Assembly (NCBI GenBank): GCA_963778655.1
Contig: CAVZVA010000010.1
Location: 384,001-448,000, forward strand
Direction: 5' to 3'
Origin: an uncultured delta proteobacterium
GTDB taxonomy: Bacteria; Myxococcota_A; Polyangia; Polyangiales; JAFGIB01
Length of the DNA stretch: 64,000 nt
How positions within the stretch are numbered: the stretch's first letter is position 1; each line of letters starts with the position of its first letter. Below the pieces are notes generated by a model. It did not search any database. It was given only the letters and a program-made list of their open reading frames with translations, and was not told where the DNA came from. Shown piece after piece: positions 9,722 to 20,456 of this stretch. Both the position numbers and the translations under genes were made by a program.

Positions 9722-12700
9722 CTACAGGCCGGCCGCCGTGGGGCGCAGCACGCGCTCGAGTTGCTGTGCGCGCTCGCGCAGCGCGTGCAGCACGCGAACC
9801 TCGGCTGGCAGCGGCTCGTGCTGCCGCCACCACTGCTCGAAACGCTCGTCGAGCGCCGACAGCGCGGCGGCGGTGAGCGTGGCCGCGGCCGAGCTGCCGA
9901 GCGCGAACGACCAGCCGAGAGGGCCGATCGGCCGGCAGCCGAACAGCTGGCTCAGGCCCGGCGTCTGCACGATCCCGAACAGGACCGCGAACGAGCCGAG
10001 CGCGGTCACGGTCACGCGCCGGCCGGTGCCGCGTGACAGCAGAGTCTGGCCAAGCTGGCTGCCGACCAGCGCCGCCAGCGCCATCGTGCTGGCGCGCGAG
10101 CGGGTGCCGGTGAGCCGGCCCAGGCCCCACGCCCAGCTCGCGCCGAGCGTGGTGCTGACCGCTCTGACCGCGATCGCACGGTTCAAACGCGCCCGCAGCA
10201 GCTCGTCGGGACGCCCATGCCCGAGCTGCTCGTAGGCGCTGCGCGGCGGTCGCCGCAGCGCCACGGCCATCGCCGGCGCGATGTCGGTGAGGAAGTTCAC
10301 CAGCAAGAGCTGGCGCGGATTGAGCGGCGGCTTACCGGAGACCAGGCCTGCGGCCACGCAGAAGCCGATCTCGCCTAGGTTGCCCCCGAGCAGGATCGAG
10401 ACCGCGTCGCGCACCGAGAACAACATCGCGCGCGCCTCGAGAATGCAGTCGAGCAGCTTCTCGAGCCCGACCTCGGTGAGCACGATGTCGGCGGCCGCGC
10501 GCGCGGCCGCCGCGCAACCCTGCCCCAGCGCCACGCCCACCTCGGCCGCGCGCAGGGCCGGCGCGTCGTTGGCGCCGTCGCCCACCATCGCCACCACGTG
10601 ACCGCGCCGCTGCAGCGCGTGCACGATGCGCACCTTCTGGCTGGGCGTGACCCGCGCGAACACCCCGTAGCGGTCCGCGCGCTCGGCGATCTCGGCGTCG
10701 CTGAGCTGGTTGAGCGCGCCGCCGCCGAGGCACTCGCGCCCGCGCAGCAGATCGATCTCGCTGGCGATCGTGCGCGCGGTGTTGATGTGGTCCCCGGTCA
10801 GCATCACCACCTCGACGCCCGCGCCGCGCAGGCGCTGCAGGGTCTGGGCGATCTGCGCGCGCGCCGGATCGCGGAACGCGAGCAGCCCGACGAAGCACAG
10901 CCGCTCGAGCCCCGCCTCGCCCGGGGCCTGCTCGCTCTCCGCCACCGCCAGCACGCGCAGCCCCTGGGCCGCGAGCTCGGCAGCCTTGGCCACCAGCGCG
11001 TCGCGCGCCTCCGAGCCCAGCGGGGCCGGCGCGCCGTCGAGCAGCTGCTCGCGACAGCGCGCAAGCAGCGTCTCGGGCGCGCCCTTGACGCTCACCAGCA
11101 CGCCGGACTCGGTCCGCGCGAACACCGCGTGGTAGCCGCGCGCGGACTCGAAGGGGTGCTCGGCGTGCGGGCGCAGGCTCGAGCGTCCTTCGGTGCGCTC
11201 CACCCCGGCGGCCGCAGCCGCACGCGCCAGCGCGGCGTCGGTCGCGGAGCTGTGGATGCCGCCGGCCTCGAGCGCGGTCGCGCGCAGCGCGGCGGCCAGC
11301 ACGCGGCGGTGCGAGGGCTCGAGCGCGTCGAGGCGCGCGGCGCGATTGGCGTCGCTGACCAGGTGCAGCTCGAGCCGGCCTTCGGTGAGCGTACCGGTCT
11401 TGTCCAGACAGATCACATCGACGCGGCCGAGCGCCTCGATGCAGCGCGCGTTGCGCACCAGCGCGCCCCGGCGCGAGAGCCGCTCGGCCGTCGACAGCTG
11501 GGCCGCGCTGGCCAGCAGCGGCAGGCCTTCGGGAATCGCGGCGACCGCCATGCTCACGCCGGTCTCCACCATTTCGGCGGCGCTGCGCCCGCGCAGCATG
11601 CCCGCGAGCACCACCGCGACCCCGCCGGCGGTCGCGATCGGCCCGGTCAGCTGCATCAGCTCGCGCAGGCGCGCCTCGACCCCGCTGCGCTGGGCGGCCT
11701 CGCTCTTGGCGTGCGCGCCGCGCCGCGCCTCGACCTGCTCGCCCACCGCCACCACCACCGCGGTCGCGCTGCCCGCCACCACGCGCGTGCCCGCGTACAG
11801 CATGCAGCTGCGGTCCGCGAGCGCGGCCTCGAACGAGGGCGCGGCGTCCTTGTGGCTGGGCAGCGACTCGCCGGTGAGGATCGAGGTGTCGACCTCGAGC
11901 GCGTTGTGCTCGAGGATGCGGCAGTCCGCGGGGACTTCCTCGCCGGGGGTGAGCAGCACGATGTCCCCCGCCACCAGCTCCTCGGAGGCGAGCAGGCGGG
12001 TGGCACCGCCGCGCCGCACCCGCACGTGCAGCCGCGCCGGGCGCACCATGCGACGCAGCGCGCGCTCGGTGCGGTAGCGCTGCACGCCGCCCACCACCGC
12101 GTTGATGCCGCCGACGCCGGCGACCAGGCCCGCGTCGAGCGTCGAGCCCACCAGCGCGCTCAGGCCGGCGCCGGCGGCGAGCAACGGCGCCAGCGGGTTG
12201 AGCAGCTCCTGCGCGATCGCCGCGCCCAGCTCGCGCGGCGCCGAGGGCGTGCGCGAAGGCTGCACGAGCGCGCGCTCGGCCACGCGCTCAGCGTCGAGCC
12301 CGGCCGGGCCGCTGCCCAGGCGCGCCAGCACCGCGGGCGCCTCCAGCGCATGCCAGGGCGTCATGTCGACCAGCACCGCGCGCGCGCGGTTGCGCAACGG
12401 CGCGGCGCGGCGCAACGCGTTGAGCATCGAGACCACGCTGGCGACGTTGACCACCAGCATCACGCGCTGGCTCGGCCCGTCCTTGCCGCCGGCGGAGGCC
12501 AGCGTACCGACGGCCGCGGCGCCCAGCGCCAGGTTGACGCTCTGGCGTGAGACCTGGCGCGCGAGCAGGGCAGCGCGCAGCAGCGTGTGCAGCCCCTCGA
12601 GATCGGGCTCGCAGATCACGTGCGCGGCCCACGGCGGCCGCTGCGCCGGGTCGCGTACGCCGATCGCGCAGTCGGCGTGCGCCAGCCCCGCCGCCGGCCC

Positions 12701-14248
12701 CAGCCCCAGGTAGCACACCATCTGACCCTCGCCCTGAAGGCGCCGGATGCCCTCGACCAGGTGCGCGCCGCCGGCGATCACCTCGAGCGGCTCGGTGCCG
12801 AGGTGGCTCCACACCTGCTCGCGCTCGGCCGCCACCAGCACGCGCAGCCCGCCCTGCTGCGCCAGCTCGACCAGATCGTCGATCCCGCCGCCGCCGCCGA
12901 TGCGCACCTCGACCACCGCCCACAGCTCGGGCCCGCGCGCGAGCCCGAGCACCAGCGAGCCGGCCTCGCTCAGCGCGCGCGCGCGATCGTGCGCCTCGTC
13001 GTCGGCGCGCGCGCGCAGCAGCGGCAGCGGGCCGAGCTCGAACGACTCGGCCTGGCGCAGCTCGGTTGGCGCGCGCGGGTCGAACAGGCCGCACGCGCGC
13101 GCCTCCACTGTGGCCGGGTCGCGGCCGCCGCACGGCTCGATGCGGCCCAGCGTGAAGCGCATGCGGCTCATCAGCGCGGCATCGATCACCAGGCAGTCGA
13201 CCCGGTCCAGACGCCGCAGCGTGTCGGGCGCGAGCACCAGCGTGCCGCGCTCGGCGAGCACGCGCCCCACCTCGTTGGCGAAGATCTCGCGTCCCAGGTG
13301 CGCCGGCTTGGGCAGCGCGGAGAGCAGCGCCGCGCTCGCGCGCCGCAGGCTGCGGCTCGTCAACAGGCCAAAGCCGAAGGCGCCGGCAGCCGTGACCCAA
13401 GCGCGCTCCGCGTACAGCTCGAGCGGGCCGCGCGGCGCGGGCACGGGGCGCGCGGCGCGCAGCGCTTCGGGGCTCAGATCACAGCCCGCGGGCTCGGCGA
13501 AGAGCTGCGCGCGGCGGCGCGCGAACAGCCGCGCCCGCGCGTTGTGCTCGCGCAGCGCGCTGACCCGGTGCCCGACCTCCACCAGGGAGCTCAGCGGGCG
13601 CTGCGACAGACCTTGCACGAACGCCAGCGTCACCCCGAGCAGCAGATCGGCGCGGTCCTTGCCAAGACGGCGGTCGAGCGGCGCGCGCAGCCGTGCCTGA
13701 CTGCGCACCAGGGTCAGCAGCGCGGCCGCGTTGGTGGCCGCGCCCCCGGGCAGCAGCGGCAACAGCCGCAGCATGCTGCCGAGCCCCAGGCCGGCGCAGT
13801 CGGCCGCCAGCTCGACCCAGCGCTGCAGCGCCAGCAGCTCGTCGTCGGGCAGCGTGCGCTCCTGCGGCAGCTCGGCGCCGGGCGCGAGGCACGCGAGCTC
13901 GGCCTGCACGACCAGCGCCTCTAGCCGATCGAGGCCCACGCTTCCGGGCGCGAAGGCGAAGCGCGCCCGGCGTAGGAAGGGGTTGACCTCGACCGAGCGC
14001 AGCTGCGGCAGGGGCTCGCACAGCGCCTGCAGCTGCTCTTGCAGCTTGCCCAGCGCCTCGAGCGGCACCCCACGCAGCTCGACGCTGGCCACTCCGCCTT
14101 CGAGATGCCGGGCGCGCGGGCGGGCGCGCGGCAGCGCGAGCAGGCGGCGCACCAGCGAAGCGCGCCGGGGGCCGCGGCCCGCGGGCGCGACGGAGAAGCT
14201 CGGCCTCGAAAGCGAAGGCAAACGCATGCGTACGGGGGCTCCGCCCAC
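9722..14248 (-). CDS. Large cation-transporting P-type ATPase, CtpH/CtpI-like architecture
   Basis: C-terminal half has TGES, PEGL, DKTGT, KGAPE, TGD and GDGAND. The N-terminal ~620 aa look like a degenerate second P-type module. Start may be ATG 14227. Confidence 0.85.
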   Translation of the reverse strand: MGGAPVRMRLPSLSRPSFSVAPAGRGPRRASLVRRLLALPRARPRARHLEGGVASVELRGVPLEALGKLQEQLQALCEPLPQLRSVEVNPFLRRARFAFAPGSVGLDRLEALVVQAELACLAPGAELPQERTLPDDELLALQRWVELAADCAGLGLGSMLRLLPLLPGGAATNAAALLTLVRSQARLRAPLDRRLGKDRADLLLGVTLAFVQGLSQRPLSSLVEVGHRVSALREHNARARLFARRRAQLFAEPAGCDLSPEALRAARPVPAPRGPLELYAERAWVTAAGAFGFGLLTSRSLRRASAALLSALPKPAHLGREIFANEVGRVLAERGTLVLAPDTLRRLDRVDCLVIDAALMSRMRFTLGRIEPCGGRDPATVEARACGLFDPRAPTELRQAESFELGPLPLLRARADDEAHDRARALSEAGSLVLGLARGPELWAVVEVRIGGGGGIDDLVELAQQGGLRVLVAAEREQVWSHLGTEPLEVIAGGAHLVEGIRRLQGEGQMVCYLGLGPAAGLAHADCAIGVRDPAQRPPWAAHVICEPDLEGLHTLLRAALLARQVSRQSVNLALGAAAVGTLASAGGKDGPSQRVMLVVNVASVVSMLNALRRAAPLRNRARAVLVDMTPWHALEAPAVLARLGSGPAGLDAERVAERALVQPSRTPSAPRELGAAIAQELLNPLAPLLAAGAGLSALVGSTLDAGLVAGVGGINAVVGGVQRYRTERALRRMVRPARLHVRVRRGGATRLLASEELVAGDIVLLTPGEEVPADCRILEHNALEVDTSILTGESLPSHKDAAPSFEAALADRSCMLYAGTRVVAGSATAVVVAVGEQVEARRGAHAKSEAAQRSGVEARLRELMQLTGPIATAGGVAVVLAGMLRGRSAAEMVETGVSMAVAAIPEGLPLLASAAQLSTAERLSRRGALVRNARCIEALGRVDVICLDKTGTLTEGRLELHLVSDANRAARLDALEPSHRRVLAAALRATALEAGGIHSSATDAALARAAAAAGVERTEGRSSLRPHAEHPFESARGYHAVFARTESGVLVSVKGAPETLLARCREQLLDGAPAPLGSEARDALVAKAAELAAQGLRVLAVAESEQAPGEAGLERLCFVGLLAFRDPARAQIAQTLQRLRGAGVEVVMLTGDHINTARTIASEIDLLRGRECLGGGALNQLSDAEIAERADRYGVFARVTPSQKVRIVHALQRRGHVVAMVGDGANDAPALRAAEVGVALGQGCAAAARAAADIVLTEVGLEKLLDCILEARAMLFSVRDAVSILLGGNLGEIGFCVAAGLVSGKPPLNPRQLLLVNFLTDIAPAMAVALRRPPRSAYEQLGHGRPDELLRARLNRAIAVRAVSTTLGASWAWGLGRLTGTRSRASTMALAALVGSQLGQTLLSRGTGRRVTVTALGSFAVLFGIVQTPGLSQLFGCRPIGPLGWSFALGSSAAATLTAAALSALDERFEQWWRQHEPLPAEVRVLHALRERAQQLERVLRPTAAGL

Positions 14249-14314
14249 GGCGGGCGGCGCAATCTCCCCAGCCTACCATGCGGCGTCGCCCCCGGCCGCT
14301 TAGGACCCGGGCCC

Positions 14315-16825
14315 TTACAGCGCGGCGCGCCGCAGCCGCAGCGCGTTGCCGATCACCGACACGGAGCTGAAGCTCATCGCCGCCGCCGCCAGCATCGGGC
14401 TCAGCAGCACGTGAAGCAGCGGGTACAGCGCCCCAGCGGCGACCGGCACCCCGATCGCGTTGTAGACGAACGCGAAGAACAGATTCTGGCGAATGTTACG
14501 CACTGTGGCACGGCTCAGCCGGCGAGCACGCACGATGCCGCGCAGGTCGCCCCGCACCAGGGTCACCCCCGCGCTCTGCATCGCCACGTCGGTGCCGGTG
14601 CCCATCGCAATCCCGACCTGCGCCTGCGCCAGCGCCGGGGCGTCGTTGATGCCGTCGCCTGCCATCGCGACCACGCAGCCCGCCTGCTGCAGGCGCCGCA
14701 CCTCGGCCGCCTTCTGGTCGGGCAGCACCTCGGCCACCACCTGGTCGATGCCGAGCCTGCGCGCCACCGCCTGCGCGGTGGTGTTGCCATCGCCGGTCAG
14801 CATTACGATGCGCACGCCCTCGGCATGCAGCGCCGCGATCGCCTCGGGCGTGCTCGACTTGATCGGGTCGGCGACCGCGAGCACGCCGGCCGCCTTGCCG
14901 TCGAGCGCCAGCAGCAGCGCGGTCGCGCCGTCCTTGCGCAGCGCCTCGGCGCGCGCGGCCAGCGCGTCCGGGTCGACGCCGTGCTCGCGCAGCAGGGCCG
15001 CGGTGCCGATCAGCAGCGCGTGGCCTGCCACGCGCCCACTCGCGCCCTTGCCCGCGTGCGCCACGAAGTCCTGGGCGGCCTGCAATGACAGCCCGCGCCG
15101 CTGCGCGCCGGCCACGATCGCCGCCGCCAGCGGATGCTCGCTACCGCGCTCCAGGCTCGCGCCCAGCGCGAGCAGCCGGTCGGCGTCTACGCCCGCGGCC
15201 GGCTCGACCGCGCTGAGCTCGGGCTTGCCCTCGGTCAGCGTTCCGGTCTTGTCCACCACCAGGGTGTCGACCGTTCGCAGCACCTCGATCGCCTCCGCGT
15301 TCTTGAACAGCACGCCGAGCGTCGCGCCGCGCCCCATCGCCACCATGATCGACATCGGCGTGGCCAGCCCGAGCGCGCACGGGCAAGCGATGATCAGCAC
15401 GGCCACCGCGTTGACCAGCGCGTGCGCCAGCGCCGGCTCGGGCCCCAGCCACAGCCACAACGCGAAGGTCAGCACCGCAGCCGCGATCACGGCGGGCACG
15501 AAGTAGCCGGCGGCCACGTCCGCGAGCCGCTGGATCGGCGCGCGGCTGCGCTGCGCCTGCGCCACCAGCGCGACGATGCGCGAGAGCAGGGTGTCGGCGC
15601 CCACGCGCTCGGCCCGCATCACCAGCGAGCCGCTGCCGTTGAGCGTGGCGCCGATCACGCGGTCGCCGGGTGCCTTGGCGACCGGCAGCGGCTCGCCCGT
15701 GATCATCGCCTCGTCGAGCGTGCTCTGTCCTTCGAGCACGACGCCGTCGACCGGCACCTTCTCGCCCGGCCGCACGCGCAGCCGATCGCCCGGGTGCAGC
15801 GCGGCGAGATCCACGTCGTGCTCGCTGCCGTCGTCTTCGATGCGGCGCGCGCTGCGCGGCGAGAGCTTGAGCAGCGCGCGGATCGCACCCGCGGTCTTGC
15901 CGCGCGCGCGTAGCTCGAGCACCTGGCCGAGCAGCACCAGCGTGGTGATGGTTGCAGCGGCCTCGAAGTACACGCCCACGTGACCGTCGGGCGCACGCAT
16001 CGCCGGCGGAAACCAGCCCGGAAACAGCACCGCAACCAGGCTGTAGCCGTAGCTCACCAGCACGCCGAGCCCGATCAGCGTGAACATGTTGAGGTTGCCG
16101 GTGCGCAGCGACCGCGCCGCGCGCACGAAGAACGGAAAGCCACCCCACAGCACGACTGGCGTGCCGAGCGCGAGCTCGCCCCACACCCGCGCCGCGTGGG
16201 AGCCGAGCGCGGCCAGCGGATCGCCCGGCAGCATCGAGCCCATGGCGAGCGCGAGCAACGGCACGCTCAGCACCAGGCTGCCCCAGAAGCGGCGGCGCAT
16301 GTCGCGCAGCTCGGGATTGTCCTGCTCGAGCTCCACCGTACGCGGCTCGAGTGCCATCCCGCAGATCGGGCAGTTGCCCGGCTGATCGCGCACCACCTCG
16401 GGATGCATGGGACACACCCACTGCCGCGTTTCTTGCGCCTGCAGCAGCACCTCCGCCTCGAGCGCCATCCCACAGCGCGGACAAGCCCCCGGCCCTCCGG
16501 CCACCACCTCGGGATCCATCGGGCACAGGTACCTCGCCCCTCCCACCGCATCGTGCCCGTGCCCGTGCGCGTCCTCGTGCGCGTGGCCCACGGCCTCTGC
16601 GTCCGCGCCGCCACCCGCCTGCAGATACCGCCCCGGATCGCCCGCGAACTTGCCCTTGCACCCCGCGCAGCAGAACAGGTATTGGCGGCCCTCGTACACC
16701 AGCCGGTGCGGCGTCTCGGGCTTGGGTGTCATGCCGCACACCACGTCCCGGGCCACGACCTCCGACCGGACCGGCGCGCCCGCCTCGGGTGAAGCTCCGC
16801 CGTGCGTGTGCGCGCTCATCGCCAC
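14315..16825 (-). CDS. copA: Cu(I)/Ag(I)-type P1B heavy-metal ATPase with YHS and two CPM(D/H)P metal-binding modules
   Basis: DVVCGM...FCCAGC (YHS); [57 protein letters not shown]. Confidence 0.93.
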   Translation of the reverse strand: MAMSAHTHGGASPEAGAPVRSEVVARDVVCGMTPKPETPHRLVYEGRQYLFCCAGCKGKFAGDPGRYLQAGGGADAEAVGHAHEDAHGHGHDAVGGARYLCPMDPEVVAGGPGACPRCGMALEAEVLLQAQETRQWVCPMHPEVVRDQPGNCPICGMALEPRTVELEQDNPELRDMRRRFWGSLVLSVPLLALAMGSMLPGDPLAALGSHAARVWGELALGTPVVLWGGFPFFVRAARSLRTGNLNMFTLIGLGVLVSYGYSLVAVLFPGWFPPAMRAPDGHVGVYFEAAATITTLVLLGQVLELRARGKTAGAIRALLKLSPRSARRIEDDGSEHDVDLAALHPGDRLRVRPGEKVPVDGVVLEGQSTLDEAMITGEPLPVAKAPGDRVIGATLNGSGSLVMRAERVGADTLLSRIVALVAQAQRSRAPIQRLADVAAGYFVPAVIAAAVLTFALWLWLGPEPALAHALVNAVAVLIIACPCALGLATPMSIMVAMGRGATLGVLFKNAEAIEVLRTVDTLVVDKTGTLTEGKPELSAVEPAAGVDADRLLALGASLERGSEHPLAAAIVAGAQRRGLSLQAAQDFVAHAGKGASGRVAGHALLIGTAALLREHGVDPDALAARAEALRKDGATALLLALDGKAAGVLAVADPIKSSTPEAIAALHAEGVRIVMLTGDGNTTAQAVARRLGIDQVVAEVLPDQKAAEVRRLQQAGCVVAMAGDGINDAPALAQAQVGIAMGTGTDVAMQSAGVTLVRGDLRGIVRARRLSRATVRNIRQNLFFAFVYNAIGVPVAAGALYPLLHVLLSPMLAAAAMSFSSVSVIGNALRLRRAAL

Positions 16826-16874
16826 CGCCCTCCCGCGCGTAGCCTACTGCGCGCAGCCGAGCAACGCCACGTCC

Positions 16875-17336
16875 TCAGCGCGGTGCCGGTAGCCGTTCGC
16901 AGCCGCGCGCCCGGCAATGATACGACCAGTGCCCATCACACGCCTCGAAGCGGAACAGCGACTCGCTCTCCTGGACCACGCGCAGCTCGGAATCGGGGCA
17001 GCGCGCGCGGGCAGCCTGGCGCAACAGCGCCTCGGCACGCGCCAGCGCCGCGTGCGTTTCCGGCCACGGCAACGCCGCCAGCTCCCGCTCGCAGCGCCGC
17101 GTCTGGCGCGAGCAGAGGTAGATCTGCTCCTGCTCGCACCCGCTCGCCTCGAACAGCTCGATCTCGTGGCGCGCCCGCGAGCCCACCTGCAACACGCCGA
17201 CCGCCCGCACTCGCAGCGCCGGCTCGACGCAGCGCAGCTCGCGCTCGGCCCGCAGCCGCGCGCTCTTTGCGAGACTCGGCGCACAACCCGCCCCGAGCCC
17301 GAGCAGCGCCAGCCCACCCGCAATCGCCCGCTTCAT
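16875..17336 (-). CDS. Hypothetical Cys-containing lipoprotein
   Basis: MKR + hydrophobic stretch + LGAGC lipobox; several paired Cys. Confidence 0.6.
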   Translation of the reverse strand: MKRAIAGGLALLGLGAGCAPSLAKSARLRAERELRCVEPALRVRAVGVLQVGSRARHEIELFEASGCEQEQIYLCSRQTRRCERELAALPWPETHAALARAEALLRQAARARCPDSELRVVQESESLFRFEACDGHWSYHCRARGCERLPAPR

Positions 17337-17462
17337 TCCGCGAGCGTGCCACAGAACCCACCCGCCTCAAGACAGGACGCGCCTCGCCGCTGAGACCGTG
17401 AAACAGTGCTCCGCTCTTGCTGTCTTCCCGTGACCCGAAGAGCGCTTGCGCCTCGAGGCGCG

Positions 17463-18407
17463 CTACTTCTTGGGCTGCAGGCTCGGGGTGTTGGCGACCG
17501 GCTGACCGCGCGACTCGCAGGTGATCGGATCGGTCACCTCCTCTGGCTGCACCACGCCATCCTGATTGGTGTCCGTGAAGCGGTGGTTGTCGTTGCAGCG
17601 CAGGTTATCGCCCGAGATCGCCTGATCGCCGGCGACCAGATTGGAAACGAAGACGGCGTTCTGGCCCTCGATCGTGACGTCGCCCCAGATCTGACACAAC
17701 GCGACGCTCACGTTGTTGCCGGTGATTGTGAGGTTCCCCTCGATCACGCAGTCGATCAGCGAGGCGTTGTTCTTGCTGATGGTGACGTCGCCGCCGATCG
17801 ACACGCCGCGCACGATCGCGTTGTTCTTGGCGATGCTGAGGTTGCCGCCGATGCGCGAGACGTCGGGGCCTTGGCCGTAGACGATCACGTTGTTGCCCGT
17901 GATCTCCAGATCGCCGAGCACGTCGTCGCCGTCGACCTTGTCGTCGAGCACGACCACGTTGTTGTTGCCGAGTGGCGGGCTCGTCACCGGCGCGTCGCCC
18001 AGCACCTGCACCGTATAGTCTCGGTTCGGGTAGCAGATGGTCGAGAGCACTTCTCCGTCGGGCCCGACGATCACGTCCGCGGTCGCGTCGGCGCCGCAGC
18101 TGTCCTGGGGCTTGAGGCATTGGCCCTGCACGTCGATGCAATCGCCACCCGTGGGCGTGGCGACCGAGTAGGTCGAGACCGGCGAGACGCCGACACTGGA
18201 GCCCGAGCCGGCCGCGCCAGCTCCCGTCGCGCCGCCGTCGCCGGCGCTGGCCGAGCCGCCCCCGGAAGAGGCGCCGATCACATTGGTCTGGCCCGGTTGG
18301 TACGGGTAGGGCGACGCGGAACCATGCTGGCTGGAGCAGCCCCAGCTCAAACAGCCGAGCAGCAACAGGGTGGCAGCATGTCGGAGATTGCGGGTGCTTG
18401 CGCGCAT
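17463..18407 (-). CDS. Lipoprotein with predicted beta-helix/solenoid repeats
   Basis: ATG 18407 after GAGGAG; LSWGC lipobox; Gly/Ser linker; repeats of I.G(N/D)(L/V)TI.(G/K)NN; EF-hand-like DTNQDGVVQPEE. Confidence 0.8.
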   Translation of the reverse strand: MRASTRNLRHAATLLLLGCLSWGCSSQHGSASPYPYQPGQTNVIGASSGGGSASAGDGGATGAGAAGSGSSVGVSPVSTYSVATPTGGDCIDVQGQCLKPQDSCGADATADVIVGPDGEVLSTICYPNRDYTVQVLGDAPVTSPPLGNNNVVVLDDKVDGDDVLGDLEITGNNVIVYGQGPDVSRIGGNLSIAKNNAIVRGVSIGGDVTISKNNASLIDCVIEGNLTITGNNVSVALCQIWGDVTIEGQNAVFVSNLVAGDQAISGDNLRCNDNHRFTDTNQDGVVQPEEVTDPITCESRGQPVANTPSLQPKK

Positions 18408-18477
18408 GGGGCTCCTCGTCTTGCGGATACCCAATCGATGCAGCCCGCGCCAGCGCGGTTGAAACAAAGCTCGCGCC

Positions 18478-19371
18478 TCAGTCGAACCGCAGCCCTCCGG
18501 TCAGGCCCAAGAACACGGCCGAGACGCCATTGCTGCTCGGCACCAGCAGCGCGCGCGCGTCGGCTCCGATGAAGAACTCGCCGATCGGATCGATCAACGT
18601 GAAACCCGGGCCGAACATCAAGCGGGTGACGGTGGTGGTGGCGCCGTTCGCCGAGTTGTCGGTCAGAGCCATCGCCACGCCGATCTGCAGCGAAGGCCGC
18701 AAGATGATCGAGCCGATCCAGGCGTCGTAGCCGGCCTCCACGCCGTATTGCATGTAGCTCGCCGCGTGCTTCATCGCCGGCACGTTGAGCAGCGCGCTGG
18801 TGCCGGTCTGGCTGCTGCCGAGGTAGTAGTTGAAGTAGACCCCGGTGTAGAGCTTGAAGTCGAAGCTGTAACCGCCACGCAGGCCCATACCCAGGCCATA
18901 CGGATCAGCACCCAGGTCTCCGGCGCGCCAATCGGTCTTGAAGGCCCAGCCGACCACCAGGCCCGCGCTCCAGTGCTTGCCGTCGCCGGCGGGCTTCTCG
19001 GCAGGCTTGGGCGCCGGACCGAGCGCCTTCTCCTGCTCGACCGGCGGCTTCTCCCAGGTGTCGCCAATCTCGCCGGACGGCGGCTGCTCCGCGTTCGAGC
19101 CGCCTTCGGCCGCTGCGCCGGTGTCGGCTGCGGGCTTACTGCCCTTCTTGGTCATCAGCGTGTCGAGGTCCTCCGAAGAGGCGTCGCTCGAGCCCTTGTC
19201 GTCGTCGGAGGCTTCGTCTTGGTTGCCTTCGTCCTTCTTGGACTTTGTCTTCTTCGCCCCGAGCTCGGCGCTTGCGCCGGCGTGCGGTCGCGGCGAATCG
19301 GCCAGGGCTGGACGCGCGACGGCGAGCGCAAGCACCAAGGTACCCAAAATGGAACACAAACGCAGCGGCAT
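18478..19371 (-). CDS. Outer-membrane beta-barrel protein with acidic low-complexity N-terminus
   Basis: ATG 19371 after GGAGAG; signal peptide; amphipathic strands (GLGMGLRGGY, GVEAGYD); ends GGLRFD. Confidence 0.75.
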   Translation of the reverse strand: MPLRLCSILGTLVLALAVARPALADSPRPHAGASAELGAKKTKSKKDEGNQDEASDDDKGSSDASSEDLDTLMTKKGSKPAADTGAAAEGGSNAEQPPSGEIGDTWEKPPVEQEKALGPAPKPAEKPAGDGKHWSAGLVVGWAFKTDWRAGDLGADPYGLGMGLRGGYSFDFKLYTGVYFNYYLGSSQTGTSALLNVPAMKHAASYMQYGVEAGYDAWIGSIILRPSLQIGVAMALTDNSANGATTTVTRLMFGPGFTLIDPIGEFFIGADARALLVPSSNGVSAVFLGLTGGLRFD

Positions 19372-19532
19372 GAGCTCTCCCCTTCGACCCGGAAGCCCGC
19401 CCTGTGTACTGCATGCCCGTGTGGAAGGGAAGGGCTCGGGCGATCGGGGCCGGGTCTGCAAATGAAAGCGGGTCCGGCGGTGTGCCGGACCCGTCGTCAG
19501 CAACGCGCGGCAGGAACGCGGACGGCGCGCGC

Positions 19533-20219
19533 TCAGAAGCGCATGCCGCCGTTGGCCAGAAAGATCAGGCCTTCCGCGGTGGAGCTTGCGAGGATGATCT
19601 GGAAGCGGGCGTCCAACCCCACGAAGAAGGTGTCGTTCACGTCGTAGAGCAAGGCCGCGCCCGGCGCGAGGTACAGCTTGGTGACGGAGCTCGAGCCGGT
19701 TCCTCCAACATTGGGAATGCCCGAGACCGTGACATCGGCCACGAGGCTGGCGATGCCGAGATTCAATAGCGGTCGCACCACCAGCCCTTGGGCGACATCG
19801 AAGTCATAGCCGCCCTCGAGGCCGAGCTCCCAAACGTTGAGCGACGTCTTGAAGCCTGCAGTGCTCTGCGACTCGCCCAGATAGAACGCGAAGCGCGCGC
19901 CCAGGTAGATCTTGTCGAGGTTGTAGCCGCCGCGCGCACCGAAGCCGAATCCCCACGGGTTGGGTCCGCTCTTCAAGCTCACGCCGTACCCGAGCAGCAG
20001 CGAGACGCTGATCGGCTTGGCGGGCCCGCTCGAGTCGGCGGGCGCGGCACTCGGTGCCGCCGCGGTGGAAGCCTCGCCTCCGCTCGCTGCAACCGAGCTG
20101 GTGGTGTCGCCGCTTTCGGGATTGGCGGGGGCGCCGCCCTCGTCTTGAGCGAAGGCGCTACCGGCGAAAGCCAGCAACGCTGAAGTCACTAGCACGGTCA
20201 ACAGGCAAGCTTGTTTCAT
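19533..20219 (-). CDS. Outer-membrane beta-barrel protein (OmpW/OmpA-like 8-strand), paralog of the neighbouring gene
   Basis: ATG 20219 after GAGGTG; AFA-Q signal cleavage site; GFGFGARGGY, GLEGGYD; terminal GGMRF. Confidence 0.8.
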   Translation of the reverse strand: MKQACLLTVLVTSALLAFAGSAFAQDEGGAPANPESGDTTSSVAASGGEASTAAAPSAAPADSSGPAKPISVSLLLGYGVSLKSGPNPWGFGFGARGGYNLDKIYLGARFAFYLGESQSTAGFKTSLNVWELGLEGGYDFDVAQGLVVRPLLNLGIASLVADVTVSGIPNVGGTGSSSVTKLYLAPGAALLYDVNDTFFVGLDARFQIILASSTAEGLIFLANGGMRF

Positions 20220-20456
20220 CGCAATCACCTCGAGTCGTGAAGCAGGTCCGCAGCCGTCCGGGCGTCCGCGCCCGAAACACTCGCGCCGAGGGTAACCTCT
20301 ACGCGCAGGTTTCGGGAGGTTTTCGAGCAACCCCGAGCGGCCGCGTGGAAATAGAACGCCCCCAGCGGATGTAGATCAAAGAGCGCACGCCAAACGTCCC
20401 TGCCACGGTGGAAAGGCCCTTTGCATGCGTGGTTCCAAGCTTAAGTTGTCAGCGTC

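Noticed and set aside
20409..20425. Sigma54 -24/-12 promoter upstream of the GGDEF gene (TGGAAAGGCCCTTTGCA)
   Set aside because: GG-to-GC spacing is 11 rather than the required 10; similar candidates near 34990 and 46615 have 9.
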